64,000 nt of DNA, taken from contig OZ287074.1 of the NCBI GenBank assembly GCA_965645245.1, positions 2,294,001 to 2,358,000 of the forward strand, read 5' to 3'. This document shows positions 25,296-37,700 of this stretch, in pieces. This DNA is from Massalongia carnosa (lineage: Eukaryota). Position 1 is the stretch's first letter; each line of letters begins with the position of its first letter. The position numbers and the translations under genes are program-made. The notes beneath the pieces are model-generated. The model had not been told where the DNA came from. It worked only from the letters and a program-made list of their open reading frames with translations, and ran no database searches.

Positions 25296-25715
25296 GCCTA
25301 CCCGTGCGTAGGTCTTTCGTTGCCTACCCGTGCGTAGGACTTCCGTTGCCTACCCGTGCGTAGGTCTTTCGTTGCCTGCGGTCGTTGCAGGACTTTCGTT
25401 GCCTGCGGTTGCGCAGGTCTTTCAGTGCCTGCGGTCGTTGCGGGACTTTCGTTGCCTGCGGTCGTTGCAGGTCTTTCGTTGCCTGCGGTCGTTGCAGGAC
25501 TTTCGTTGCCTGCACTCGTTGCAGGACTTTCGTTGCCTGCGGTCATTGCAGGTCTTTCGTTGCCTGCGGTCGTTGCAGGTCTTTCGTTGCCTGCGGTCGT
25601 TGCAGGACTTTCGTTGCCTGCGGTCGTGCAGGTCTTTCAGTGCCTGCGGTTGTTGCAGGACTTTCGTTGCCTGTGGTCGTGCAGGTCTTTCAGTGCCTGC
25701 AGCGCAGCAGGTCTT
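25296..25715. repeat. Minisatellite, mostly 27-bp units (TGCAGGACTTTCGTTGCCTGCGGTCGT), inside the mini LTR element
   Basis: Directly visible tandem units; it explains the overlapping low-complexity ORFs in several frames. Confidence 0.9.
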
Positions 25716-25843
25716 CCGTTACAACATGAGCATTGCACTCATGAGGGAACCGCCGTAGGTTATTTAAAGCGCAAAGCCGGGCTCATAACCTGTTGAAACT
25801 TGAGACGGTTGATTTTTCTATAGAGGGAGAAGAGCGGCTAATA

Positions 25844-27181
25844 CAGTACTAGGTCAAAAGTTTCCGACAGCCCCACTATCAACTTTTTACCCCCCCACTG
25901 CTTTGAATTATCAACCATCACGTTGTTATTTTGATGTCTTGAAACTTCCTACGATGATTACATACATTATAGCAAGCACATTGGGCTGAGAAATATATTT
26001 TTAATATTTCGTATAACATCCTTTTGACTGGATGCAAGCTTCAATCCTCCTTTTCATGCTGTCTACTAAACTCTTCATCATTTCCTCATTTATCAAGGCC
26101 CATGATTCTTCCAAAGCTTTCCAAAGTACCTCGCGGACCCTATCATCACTACCAGTCACCGAGTCGATGTCCGGATTGACCTGATAGACGAGCTTTTTGA
26201 GCACGTACCAAACGTACTCGATGGGTTTCAAATCAGGAGAATAAGGGGGCCAATCGATGACTGTTATACCGTTTTCATCGAACCATTTCTTCACCTTTTT
26301 GGCAGTGTGAATGGGGGCATTATCCTGCATGAAAATGAGACCTGGTTCCCAAATTCAAAGCAGATTATCGTTCAATAATTCCAAATATGAATTCGCGGAG
26401 TACCCCCTCTTCTTTGCCTCGAAATCACGGGCCAATTTGTAGATATCCGACCTTCCCCCCCCCCAAAAAGCCCCCCATACCATGACCTTGACCTCTTTAC
26501 CTTTGCCGTACGGTTGTATCATAGGTTTTTTCCATTTTTCGTCCGGAAATCTGAACACCCATTGACGCTGTTTGCCCGACCCCTTTTCCACCGAGCACTC
26601 GTCTGACCATATAATTTTTGACCACTGCTCAAAAGTCCACTCACGCCGAAGCAAGCACCAGTCCAGTCTCTTCTTTGCCACCTCGGGCGTCAATAAAGGC
26701 CGCTTTTTAGCCAGCCAGTTCGTTAGACCATAGTCTTTGAGCGTCCGATAGAGAGTGGATCGACTACATTGCACCCCAACCTCCGTACGCAGCTGTGCGT
26801 AGGTGATGCGTGGATTGATTCGTGCAAGTTTGATAATACGTCTTCGGTCGCGGTCCGAGAATATTCTAGGCCGACCGGATCGCGATTTAGACTTTTCGTT
26901 GTTGCGTTCTGAGTGCTTTTGAAGAGTGTAAATGACGGTGGTTCGAGGCACATTTAATGTCTTTGCAATTTCGGCCGATGCATGCCCCAAATCCTGGGCT
27001 CCAATAATCATACCTCTTTGACATTGATTCAATTCGATATTACGAAGATTATTACCAGAAATTGAAGTCAACGGAGTGCGTGGCATGGTGAAATGATGAG
27101 GTCAAAGTTGATGGGTTGGTAGGTTAAAACGCGAAATCACGAAAATCGCGGGTAGTATCGGAAACTTTTGACACGGGACTG
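25844..27181 (-). mobile_element. Tc1/impala-like DNA transposon, near-intact (one lesion between ORFs 26355-27086 and 26001-26330)
   Basis: Imperfect ~26-bp TIRs starting CAGT, TA TSD, motifs IWSDECS, QDNAPIH and WPPYSPDLKPIE. Confidence 0.92.
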
Positions 27182-27775
27182 TATACATTCAGCTGACTAA
27201 GCATAGAAACTTCCAGAACTAGGGCATTGCCTCAGTACCTCAGACGTGCGTGGCTCTATGAGCCGGCTAAGCCCCTCCGGGTTAGCCTATTTTCGCTAAG
27301 CCCCTTCGGGTTAGCGTCGCTAATTCCCTTCGGGTTAGCGGCCCTTTAGCTGACTACGCATGTTACGGGCGGCACGTCTGAGCGCAAAACTCTGTATTTT
27401 TGTCAGATCCGGCTTATTTTGGTGCGCGCTCATACAAATTTTTGGCTTAACCTCAAAAATCATCAAGAATCAAGTTGACGGCGGAATCAACAACGCGCAA
27501 CGACATTTCATAAATTATGTAATAATAGAAATGATGCTTTGATATACATTTCTATCGATTAATCAATATTTTAATTACATATCGATGCAAAATTGAGTCG
27601 CAATATCGATCTCGCGACGAGGACTCGACTTTGAGTCGAAATTTCGACACCACCACAGCAGACTCAACGGGTCACTAGCTCCAGTTTTTCATTGTCGGCG
27701 CTTCTGATCATTAATCTGATCCTCCGAGCGTTGTTTTCGAAAGCCTAAAATCGTTGAATGTGATGAACTTGCTTG

Positions 27776-30017
27776 ATGTGCGTTTTGCGGGCTAAGAATT
27801 CAACTCGCGAATCGTCGAATATCGCTCGCGAACACATCGAAATAGACGATCCTATAGCGTCGATAACTCGCGAGCAGGTGACGACCGTGATTTTAAGTAA
27901 ATTCGGCTTTTATCCAAAGAATGAGCAAGTTGACGCTATCATGACTTTAGCACAAGATCAAAAGGATCTGATATTTATCGCCAAGACTGGATTTGGAAAG
28001 AGTATTATCTTTCAAGCTATGCCATTAATGTTCTCTTGTCTTAAGATCGCTTTAATTATCATGCCTCTCAAGACCTTAGAAGCTCAACAGTGCAAGAAAT
28101 TGAGCGTCATCGAGGGATGCAAGCCTTTCGTGTTATACGGTGATAGTAATAATTCTTCCAATTTAAAGTTAATTCGTGAAAACAATTATACGCATGGTGT
28201 GTATTCAAATTATGATTGAGATAAATACAAAAACTTACTCGTTAATATGAATAGTTTTTACTAGCCCAGAGATAGCGACGTCAAAGCTGTTTAATCAGGA
28301 GGTTCTGAGGCATCCAAGTTTCTTCTTGAATTTATGTCTTTTAGCTCTTGATGAGATGCATCTTGTATCCGAATGGCGAGATTTCCGGCCCGAATACTTC
28401 AATCTCGGTGTGCTTCGTACACGATTACCAGATGGTATTCCTTTTCTGGGTGCGTCTGCAACGCTGGATCCAAGAACCCTAGAGAGCGTTAAAGATCGCT
28501 GTGGCTTTGATAACGAAAGTACTGTTATTCAAACAGCGCTTGATCGTCCAGAGATATACATACAGACAAGCAGTCTACAGCGGCCTATGAACAGCATGAT
28601 CGATCTTCAACATCTTTTACCAACACGGGCTGAGAGTCCTTTTGATATTCCGAAAACGATTATCTTCATGGATTCAATTTCATCTATCAAAAAGGCGTGT
28701 GCGCTAATGAAAGTATGGATGAATCAATTGTCCTATCCAATTGAGGCTGCTAGTTGGGTCGCGCCTTTCTTTTCCGACATGGCCACCCAAGACAAAGAAA
28801 GGATTGCGGCTCGCTTCGAAATGCCCTCGAATCAATGTAAATTTCCTCGAATCCTGATCGCAACGGATGCATACGGGCTTGGTATTGATAATCCAGACGT
28901 TATGAGAGTTACGCAATGGCTGCTACCCTCGTCAATGGCGAAGCTATACCAACGTTTAGGTCGTGCTTTGCGTTGCGGTCGAGGACAGGCGCATTTTACT
29001 CTTTTGCATCCTTCTTGGTGCATGGGTCCAAGAAGCGGATCAAAAATGGACGAACAGGACGGATATGACGCGGGAATCGAGATTGAATCCAAGGCCAGTA
29101 AACGCCGCATCAATCAAAAGGATGCTGATCGGCGACGAGATATGCCACCGGGTCTTTGGGAGATAATAAATGTGCCTTCAGATGGTTGCGTTCGAGGTAT
29201 TGGCTTGAATTTCTTCAATGATAAAGTGTATCCAACGTCGGCCTATGTTAAGCCGCAACCTTGCTGTTCAATTTGCGATCCAAGTTTTCAGACATCAACA
29301 GCCGCCAATGAGATGTTAAATAGAACGGCCGAGCGTGACTCGTCTAGGCGGCCTTGGTTCACCGTTAAACTTCGAGAATGGAGGGAGGCCAAGGCGCAGG
29401 AAAAGTTCCCAAATTCACATATGCGATACTTCCCATCATTGATAATGCCCGATGAGGTACTGAATTCTTTGACCACTTGGGCGGATCAGATTGTGGACGA
29501 GCCCACCATGCGGCGATGGATTGGTAACACATGGACTGGTATTAGGCCCTACGGCGCCGAGCTTTTAGAAATTTTAAAGCGGGGTCAAGCAATGAGATTA
29601 GACGAGGGAGACATGTTCGAGGAATGGAAACGACACAACGACATAAAGAGAAAACGATTACCCAGCCTAACATGCAACTCCGCCAGTATTGAATTTGAGG
29701 AACGGAGGAAAAACTGGATGATCAAACAAGGATATATGTCGAGAAAGGTTTTTAAAAAGCGAAATGCGGTCAAGAAGAAAGTCTCGAAGGAAAGCGAGAG
29801 TACGGAGCCATTGGGCGAGAATCCTGCGCCTAATCACAATATCTCCGATGCGGCGCTCGTTGTTGACAATGTTGATGCTCTTAAATCATCGATGAAGGCA
29901 TCAAAGACCAAAAAAGCGCCTCGAGATCCTATGGAAGCGTTGTCGCTGAATATACCCATGGCCCTTCCTCCGACACGATCTAGACAAGAAAGAAAGTGCC
30001 CCGTCCGCTACCTCTGA
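27776..30017 (+). CDS. RecQ-like SF2 DNA helicase (transposon-encoded), one intron at ~28198-28254
   Basis: Motif I AKTGFGKS, II DEMH, III SAT, V ATDAYGLGIDNPDV, VI QRLGRALR, and Zn ligands C..CCSIC. Splicing restores THVFTSPE in frame. Confidence 0.88.
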
Positions 30018-30076
30018 CTCTGTAAAGCCGCGCGGCGCGGATTTACATGACTAGGCTATCTCGTGGTATCGATGAT

Positions 30077-32755
30077 TTAATCAAAAAACATACCGCCGGA
30101 TATCTCGAGACGGGCCATTGAAATGACAGGGCTGTCGGGGACCTGCTTTGTTTCATTGACAAAATCGGGCTCGGCTTCATACTTACCCTCAAGGTCGTCT
30201 GTTGAAATTTCTTTTGAAATTTCTTCGGAAAGATACTGCTGATTGTATTTTAATACATTTTCTCCAAGTTTCTTCAATCCCTCAACATAAAGATTAGCTG
30301 TTGGATTAGTTGAAAATCGATCATAGCTTCTTTTACAGAGTGATTTATGCGCTAGTGCCGTAGCCATGCCCCACACATCCTCTGCGGCCGATTTTGCTGG
30401 ATGCCTTGAAGAGTTGACTCTTCCAAAGTAAAACTCAACGATTTCTTTGAGCTTCATAAGATATGGACCGTTGAGTGCCCAGTTCTCGAGCAAGGTGTCA
30501 CTATACTTTGAAAAATAAGATCGCTCGTGCTGGAACGTCTTGAGGTTATTGTTTAGTATCTCTAAAAGCCGATCAGTCTCAAAACTCGACTCTTCGTCAC
30601 CGCGTAAATTGATAAGACTATTCATTAAAATACTTTCCTGTAGCCTTATGGTCGCTGCGGAAGAATCAATCGCATGAAGGGTGTATAGAAGAGCTTGCGC
30701 ATATTTCGGGGTGCCAGCTACGCTTGCCTGAAAGATCACCGTTGCGTGGCGCAATGCGTGACGAAGTAGTCCAATATCCGCATATTTGATTGCGTATCGA
30801 AGTGTTAGATACGATTCAACGTGATCACAGAAGTTCTGATGATTCTGAAATTGTTGATCAAGCGTTGGAGGAAGCATATCTATTGACGTTGAGGGTAATT
30901 CCGCGTGAAGTTTGCGAGATATCCTGCCCAACATATTCATCCAGGTGCCATCCTGCCCGCAAGTCTGCGCTGTGAGCCACGAAATAGTTGCTTCGATTCG
31001 CTGCGGAGCATATCCATCCTTTCGTAAAAACCTAATCCACGTCCCAACGATTCTAGCTTGATAGCTCTGAATGATCAGATCCTCTAAGGCCTGGAAATCG
31101 TTCGGCTGCACGACACGAGCGCGGCCCCACCGATCGGCGGCATATTGAAGAGTCGAAGGATCAACCGGCTGGGCCTCTCCCCAATGTATTTTATGAATAA
31201 GCTGCAGCATGTTAAAGCGAAGATGCCATAACCCTAATCCCGGTAAAATCCAGTCGAACCGATCGAAAGATTGCTCCGATATCCCACGACGTAATTCCTT
31301 GACAGATTGCATTCTCGACCATGTCTTGAGGTCACCATAGATAAGCCGAATGACGCTCGCAAACGTCGAGTCATCCTCCTTGAACTTGAACTGTCGCACA
31401 AATATATCCTCCAATATTTGAATATTATTAGATGTTGTGCTCTCATCCTTCATGACTGGTTTGATAGGAATGTAATTGGTCTTGTATTTTTTCATCTTAT
31501 TCAGCACGGGCATTGCAGTCGACCAAGGAAGTTGAACGTCGCCGATCTCTGGGCCATAAAGCGCTCGAATCGCTGACTCTAGATGATGAAGACGAATCTA
31601 GGTACGCGGTGCATTAGCGATTGAGCGCGGTATATACACCTCGTCCTGTATTGAACTCACCTGCATCTCGAGATCACCAGTCTCCAGCTTTCGCGCAATT
31701 CTTTCAGCTGATAAAAGATGCGTGGCGGGGCGCCACATATCCTGCCTCAAAGCGCCGGCATCGAATCCTTGCCCCTGGAAAATTAGAGCGGTAGTGATTG
31801 ATCTGACGTCTCTATTATCCCCCGTGCGCTCTCCTCGTTTACCTTCTGCGAAGTCAAAGTTATCGTATGTCAAGATCATGTTTGAGCCTTGTCCTAGCAT
31901 CTGAACCTTTCGTTCGGCCTCCTTAATCAAGGACAACATGCGCCGCTGCAGGGTAGTATATGACATCGTCAGGTCAAAATGACAGAGTGTATCTAGAACT
32001 CGCCGCCTCGCCCCACCTTGATAAATATAAAGGCCTAAGACGGACTGAATATTGGTCGCCTTATTTGGTCGCAATTTGTGACAAAGCATTGCCAATATAA
32101 CGGTGTGCCGGCCGCTGGGAGAATCCAACGTCACATCGAGAGGTTCCTGCGGGCGAGCCTCGCGACAAACACTATCAATTAGCTCAAGCCATCGTGGCGC
32201 CAACTGCTTGGCGGCAGATGCAGCAAGTTTAATAGCCTCCAAGGTCCCAAACTCGACTGTCGCAGAGGGCGGCTGGAAAGGGCCAAAGGCTGCGTGATCT
32301 GCCAAAGCTTTGATTTCTTCACGAAGCACATCCGCGGCCCAAACCCATCCTCTCTCGCGAAGGATAGTGGATATTCTACCAGGCCCAATGAGGCTTGAAA
32401 AGTCTTCTTGCCGCACAATATCGACATAGACAAAATCGAAGAGCTGGCCTTGCGCCTTTCGCATACTATGACGGGCTCGATTCTTACAAAGTGTTGATAA
32501 AAAATCTTTTACCGACCAATTTAGAGAGCTCAGAAATTTAAGCACCTCAACCAGCTTGTCGTAATCTGATATGCGCCGGCGGTGGCGTTTCGCGCCTCCA
32601 TTTTTTTCAGGTAAGGCAGGAGGGGAGGAGGAAGAGGGTGAGCTATCATTACTGCCTGACGGCGATGGGTGGGGCCGCTTGAGCGCACCGGCGGGAGTCA
32701 AGGGACTTGTCCGTAGGTCGGTAAGTGGCGAGGAGGGGCCCCCGACAAGAGCCAT
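30077..32755 (-). CDS. Putative Academ-type transposase, intron 31661-31598; the true start may be further upstream
   Basis: A GTGAGT..GCTAAT..TAG intron joins the 385-aa and 478-aa ORFs in frame. Candidate catalytic motifs YDNFD, YGDLKT, GLWHLRFN and DRLLEILN. Confidence 0.75.
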
Positions 32756-34400
32756 GGCTTTCGTCAGATAGCTTCAATCTAGATAAATCATACAATACCA
32801 TTGATTGGCCGTCGTTATTCATATCATCATGATCTTTGTAACTCAATGTAATCGCGCTACATGAAAATAATCAGTTCATCAACCTCAAAATTGAGCGAAA
32901 GCGAACAATTTATCACTTAATCGACTTTCACATCGCTTTTCTTAGCCTGACAGTAGTTATAACACATGATTATCGAGTCATCCATCTTGAGAGGTGCGTT
33001 TTTGGTATAAAATACAGTCTCTGGTAAACTAATACGACCCTAATCATTGTATTAAATCCATAAAAGGAATGGTTGCACTGCTAAAATTTTTATTACGCGG
33101 ATCTGGCCGTAATTTTGAGTTTTGCGCTCAGACGTGCTATCGCACTGATGTTAGTCAGCAGCGACGCTAACCCGAAGGGGCTTAGCGAAAATAGGCTAAC
33201 CCGGAGGGGCTTAGCCGGCTCATTGAGCCACGCACGTCTGAGGTACTGAGGCAACTAGGGCAGTGCAATCCAACAGTATACTATCCCTAGACCTAGCTTT
33301 CTAATAGTAACTCTTGTATATCTCCGTATATCTTCCTATCTGGACCTTGTCCGTGACAATGATATATTAGAAAAATATCAATTTCATTTATGTTTCGATC
33401 GTAGTCATGATTGCAGATGAATTGACAAAACTTCTCACGCTGTGGAGAGGTGGAGTGGACCTCTACTAGATGTCTAGATGACAGGTATGATGACTGTAAT
33501 CGTCGGCCTCGCTTAGCTGCCTCCATACGAGGTGTAACACCTCTAGTCGGGGAAAGCGGTCTGCGTAGGCAAGCGATCTGCGTAGTTTCAATTTCAGGAT
33601 TTGTCCAAATTCACCCATTTTACAACCTATTATGCAGCTTTTTGCACCACTTCTCGACCGCAACCTAAGACCGTTAACTTTTATTATTCATACCATAGAT
33701 AGATATTAACTGCACATCCTAACTACTCATTGATTAACCGGGATATTCACCTTTATTCAATCGCGACCGCATCAGTTGCATGCCTCCTATTTCGTCAATC
33801 ACTCTCTCCCTATTTCATCAACCGCTCCCCACCTCAATCATGAATAGCAGCAGCGTCATGAAAAAGAACCTTATTAAAACCAGTGATTCTATTTCAACGC
33901 GCGTGCAAAATGCTAAGCAGTTTTTATTAGAAACCCCCAAGGAGAGCATCGTTTGCGCTGCTCGAATCTTCAACCTCGCCGAGACCACTCTTTACAGTTC
34001 GATTGAACGTGAAAAGACGCCGCCGAAGAAATTGGAGGGCAGAACAAAATACTGGAGGAGCATCAGGTCAGAGCCATTCACGAATTCATTCGATCTCTGG
34101 TTGCGTATGGCATTCAACCTACTCATAAAGGTGTTTTTGCTGCTATTAAGACTCTGAAACGTGCTCAAGATGCCGAATTCAATAGTCCAAGTCCTCGGTG
34201 GTTTAGGCAATGGTGGAAAGACAATGGCCTGCACAAGATAAAGACCAAGCCCGCTGGCAGTTGTTCGATATACTGAGGCTCAGGAGTCAGATGTAAGATC
34301 ATGGTTTAATCGATATCAGCGGGTTCTTGCAGAATTGGGGATAACTCGTTCACAAGATATCTAGAACTTTGATGAAGAAGGATTTCGAGTTGGGTGTATG

Positions 34401-34563
34401 TGTAGAAGTATGAGGTTATTCATTGTTGTTATATTAATGATTCTATGACTCTACTTCTAAGGACTAAAATCATCCTAGTCCAGGATGCATGCCGCATACC
34501 GGAATAGGTCTACTGTTACACGTGACCATAATAATTTCTAGCGCCATAGGTTGGTATCCAACA
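34401..34563. mobile_element. 163-bp solo LTR inserted in the Fot1 transposase
   Basis: TG...CA termini with perfect GTATG TSD (34396-34400, 34564-34568). Confidence 0.85.
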
Positions 34564-36427
34564 GTATGAAGGGTCATGAAATTCTAGTTCCATCAGATAT
34601 TAAGGAGTACTATTCGATCAGTCCAGAAAATCGCAAATCTCTCACCATAATCGAAAGCATCAACGCCGCCGGTCATCAACCACCCCCCCCCCCCCGTTTT
34701 AATCATGCAAGGTCGTAGAATAATGCAGAACTGGTTCCAAGAAGGGCTGCCCACGGGGACTCTGATTCAAGTATCAGAAAGTGGGTTCATCACCGATAAA
34801 ATAGCCATTGAATTTTTGAAGCATTTCATTGCGAATACAAACTCGGGGCCTACAAAGCAGTGGAAATTGATGCTCATGGATAATCATGGGACTCATTGCA
34901 CCCCTGAGTTTATAAAGCTTGCCAATGAAAACCACATTCGCCCTCTCCCCCTGATACCACGTCTGACTCATTGAATGCAACCCCTTGATATGGGTGTATT
35001 TCAACCCTATAAGCACTGGCATGATAAGGCTATCCAAGATGTCCTTGCAGAGTTCAACACCGAGTATTCGTTGACTCGGTTTTGTCAAGACCTTACCAAA
35101 ATACGAGACAACACTTTCACAAGCTCTAACATTCGATCTACTTTTAGAAAGGCCGAAATGTGGCCTATCAGTAGGGGGTTATGCATTAAACAGCTTAAAA
35201 AATTCGCCGCCCCAGGGGTTGAAAGGCCCGTTCGAATGCTGCGGGGTGAGCAGGCGATGCGGGGCCACCTGCCAGGTCAGAAGCGCGCGAATGAGGATCC
35301 CCCCCTTCCAGTGTTGCCCGCACGAATTCAACCTCAAACCTTCGATGATGTTGAAAAGGGGCTGATTGATTGGTTGCTATAAATTTAGAGTATTACGCAG
35401 TGGAGTGATGATAATCGGCCAAACGAGTTTGAACAGTTTGTTGATAGTGCGAAGCAGATTGTTGCAAAATCAAATTTCACCGACTTCGAACAAAAAGTTA
35501 TCCGCAAAAGAAAAATGATGAATTGCTACACAAAGCAACCTCTCGCAAGAGGATAAGATCTACCTACGGAGGCGTCAGGACTCATAAAGGAGGACGCAGA
35601 ACGAGTCATTGCCGAAAAGCAAGAAAAAGAAAAACGAGAGGAAAGAAGAAAGGAGCACAACAATTACATGAGAATATGGCGAATGGAACGTAATGCTATA
35701 CACATCAAGGGAGTTGCTGCGCGAAAAGATGAAAGAGTTCGGCAAAAGCAAGTCACGGAGCTCGACAGGCAATGCGTCATCATTCCTATTGATAAGCTGA
35801 CTCCCATTGAAGATCCCGAAGCAGAATGGAAGAAGACAAACTCTATTTGGAAGATGGAGGAGGCGAGGAAGGAGGCGGCAAAAAAGAAGAAAGGGCGGAC
35901 TGCAGATGAGACAGTTGAAGTTAGGGATGAGATGGAATTCATCACGGATACTATAGGTGATGATAGTATACGAGTTATAAAAGATGATTCTATTCGCGAG
36001 CAGACAAACTTTATAGCTTTTGATGAGAATAATAAGAATAATGAGGGTGTTAAGGATGAGAATGATTAAGGTGATGAGGGTGATGAGGATGAGCAGTTTA
36101 ACTTTTATCGGGGGGGCTATCGTCAGACAAGGAGTTACTATTAGAACGCGCAATTGATATATATCTACTTATTAATAATATTTGCGATTTTGTTTATGAT
36201 TTATTAAAGAATAATATATTAGAATTTCGGCTACACCATCGGTCCTCCTCCTTCTACAACATCGGTCCTTACCGTGGGGTGACCGTCAAACATATAGATT
36301 TGCTCCTATCTCTTCGCATCAAAACAATGCTAATTTAACGCGTTTACACGCGTCGCAGACGTACGGTAGAGGATACGAAGGCCAACCGCCGGGGGGTAGA
36401 ATGCACGCATCCCTGTACCATGCTTCT

Positions 36428-37169
36428 AAGGGTTCAAGTCCCTTCATGCAGTCATCAGCTGGAAGAAGATATGGACCAAAGGAGCCGCATCATCCCCCAC
36501 CCGGGCACAGTCGACACGCGTTCTAGCTCCTGAGAGTTCAAGTCTCCCCATGCAGTCATCAGCTGGGATCAACAGAACGCATAAAGGCACCGGGGCGAAT
36601 GTTGTCACCTCAAGAAAACTCCATCTCGGAGCAGAATAACAATATACCATTTATTATGCCCTGCCTGTTAAATAAAATCGAGGAAAACACAGAGTCACAA
36701 AACACATAGTCATCAATCACACGTTGTACAAAGCACACAGTCACAAAGCACACAGTCACAAAGCACACAGTCACAAACATACAGTCACAAACACACAGTC
36801 ACAAAACACACAGTCACAAAACACACGGTCACAAAACACACAGTCACAAATCAATAACACGTCCCTGTGAAAGGAGTTCTGCGGGGGCTCGTTAAGACAG
36901 ATCTGCACCCCGTTAATATCGGAGTACATATTTTTAGAGGTTCAAGTCCTTTCTAGCAGTCATCAGCTGAAAATAATGTGTTTTGACACGGCATGGTGCC
37001 GATTTGACACGGGTAGACCTCGATGGATCACAAAAAGAATGAAAAGAGTTCAACGGAACTTCGTTAATATTGTTCTCGAAGACCTCGTTAATAAGATTTT
37101 CATAGACCTCGTTAACAACGTTCGGTCATACTCTTAAAGGTTCAAGTCCTTTCATGCAGTCATCGGCTG
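36428..37169. repeat. Four dispersed copies of a 33-34-nt hairpin motif (stem-TTCAAGT-stem-[CAT/CTA]GCAGTCATC[A/G]GCTG)
   Basis: Copies at 36428-36461, 36532-36564, 36936-36969 and 37136-37169, with invariant loop and varying, mostly paired stems. Confidence 0.85.
36730..36850. repeat. 14-15-bp tandem repeat (CACACAGTCACAAA)
   Basis: About 8 units directly visible. Confidence 0.9.
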
Positions 37170-37700
37170 AGAGCTAAAGACGTACGACACGGGTCAGCTA
37201 TGTCTATCACACGGGTCTCCTTCGTCTACAACACGGAGCCCTCCGGCTGAAAGAAATAAAACATATAGACACATAGTGTAGGGTCACACCCTACACGATA
37301 CAAGGGATTTGAGTTATGAAAACCATCCGATTGATGGCTACCGTGAGCAACACGGCCCGAACCGGAGTCCTACCGGGGATGGTGGAGGCAACCTAATTAT
37401 CAAATAAGACACCCTTGGGACAAGAAGAGGGCAATATACGAGGAACCCATTAATTGATAACAGTCTAGGCCCTGAGCTAATAGACGAATTTCAAACGAGC
37501 ACCCCTCCGAGTTGTCCTCGACTAGTTTTGGTTAGTAGGGACGGAAATTCGATACTATACTGCCTGGTCAGGAGCATAGTGGTCGAAATCCCTGTGAGAC
37601 ATTGTCGGTTCATAAACGGGAGACCTTTATGAATAACGCGAAGTGGGCATAAAAACCCGTGAGGCGTGGTATGCAATGGCGGCCACCGTACGGAGACCGT

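Larger units (their letters stand above)
27227..33254. mobile_element. AcademH-like helicase-encoding DNA transposon, apparently complete
   Basis: ~95-bp TIRs (TTGCCTCAGTACCTCAGACG...), TSD CTAGGGCA at 27219-27226 and 33255-33262, empty site visible in the sister LTR. Two convergent genes: RecQ-like helicase and putative transposase. Confidence 0.85.
24969..33275 (-). mobile_element. Non-autonomous Copia-type mini LTR element (TRIM-like) with 109-bp LTRs; its second LTR is interrupted by two DNA transposons
   Basis: LTR 24969-25077, and LTR 25791-25843 + 27184-27226 + 33263-33275. GTATA TSD at 24964-24968 and 33276-33280. Copia-type PBS (GGTTATGAGCC, minus strand, 25780-25790) and PPT next to the other LTR. 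Confidence 0.85.
24548..33358. mobile_element. Solo LTR split by nested insertions (pieces 24548-24968 and 33281-33358)
   Basis: TGTCA...TGACA termini, near-TSD ATGAG/ATGAT, and clear homology to the intact solo LTR at 44994-45360. Confidence 0.75.

Noticed and set aside
25298..25796. Five overlapping ORFs
   Set aside because: By-products of a stop-poor 27-bp minisatellite.
27776..30017. Host RecQ/Sgs1 or telomere-linked helicase gene
   Set aside because: It lies inside TIRs with a TSD next to a putative transposase; no telomeric array nearby.
36428..37169. tRNA genes
   Set aside because: Only a T-arm-like hairpin is present; no acceptor stem, D-arm/A-box or anticodon arm could be built.
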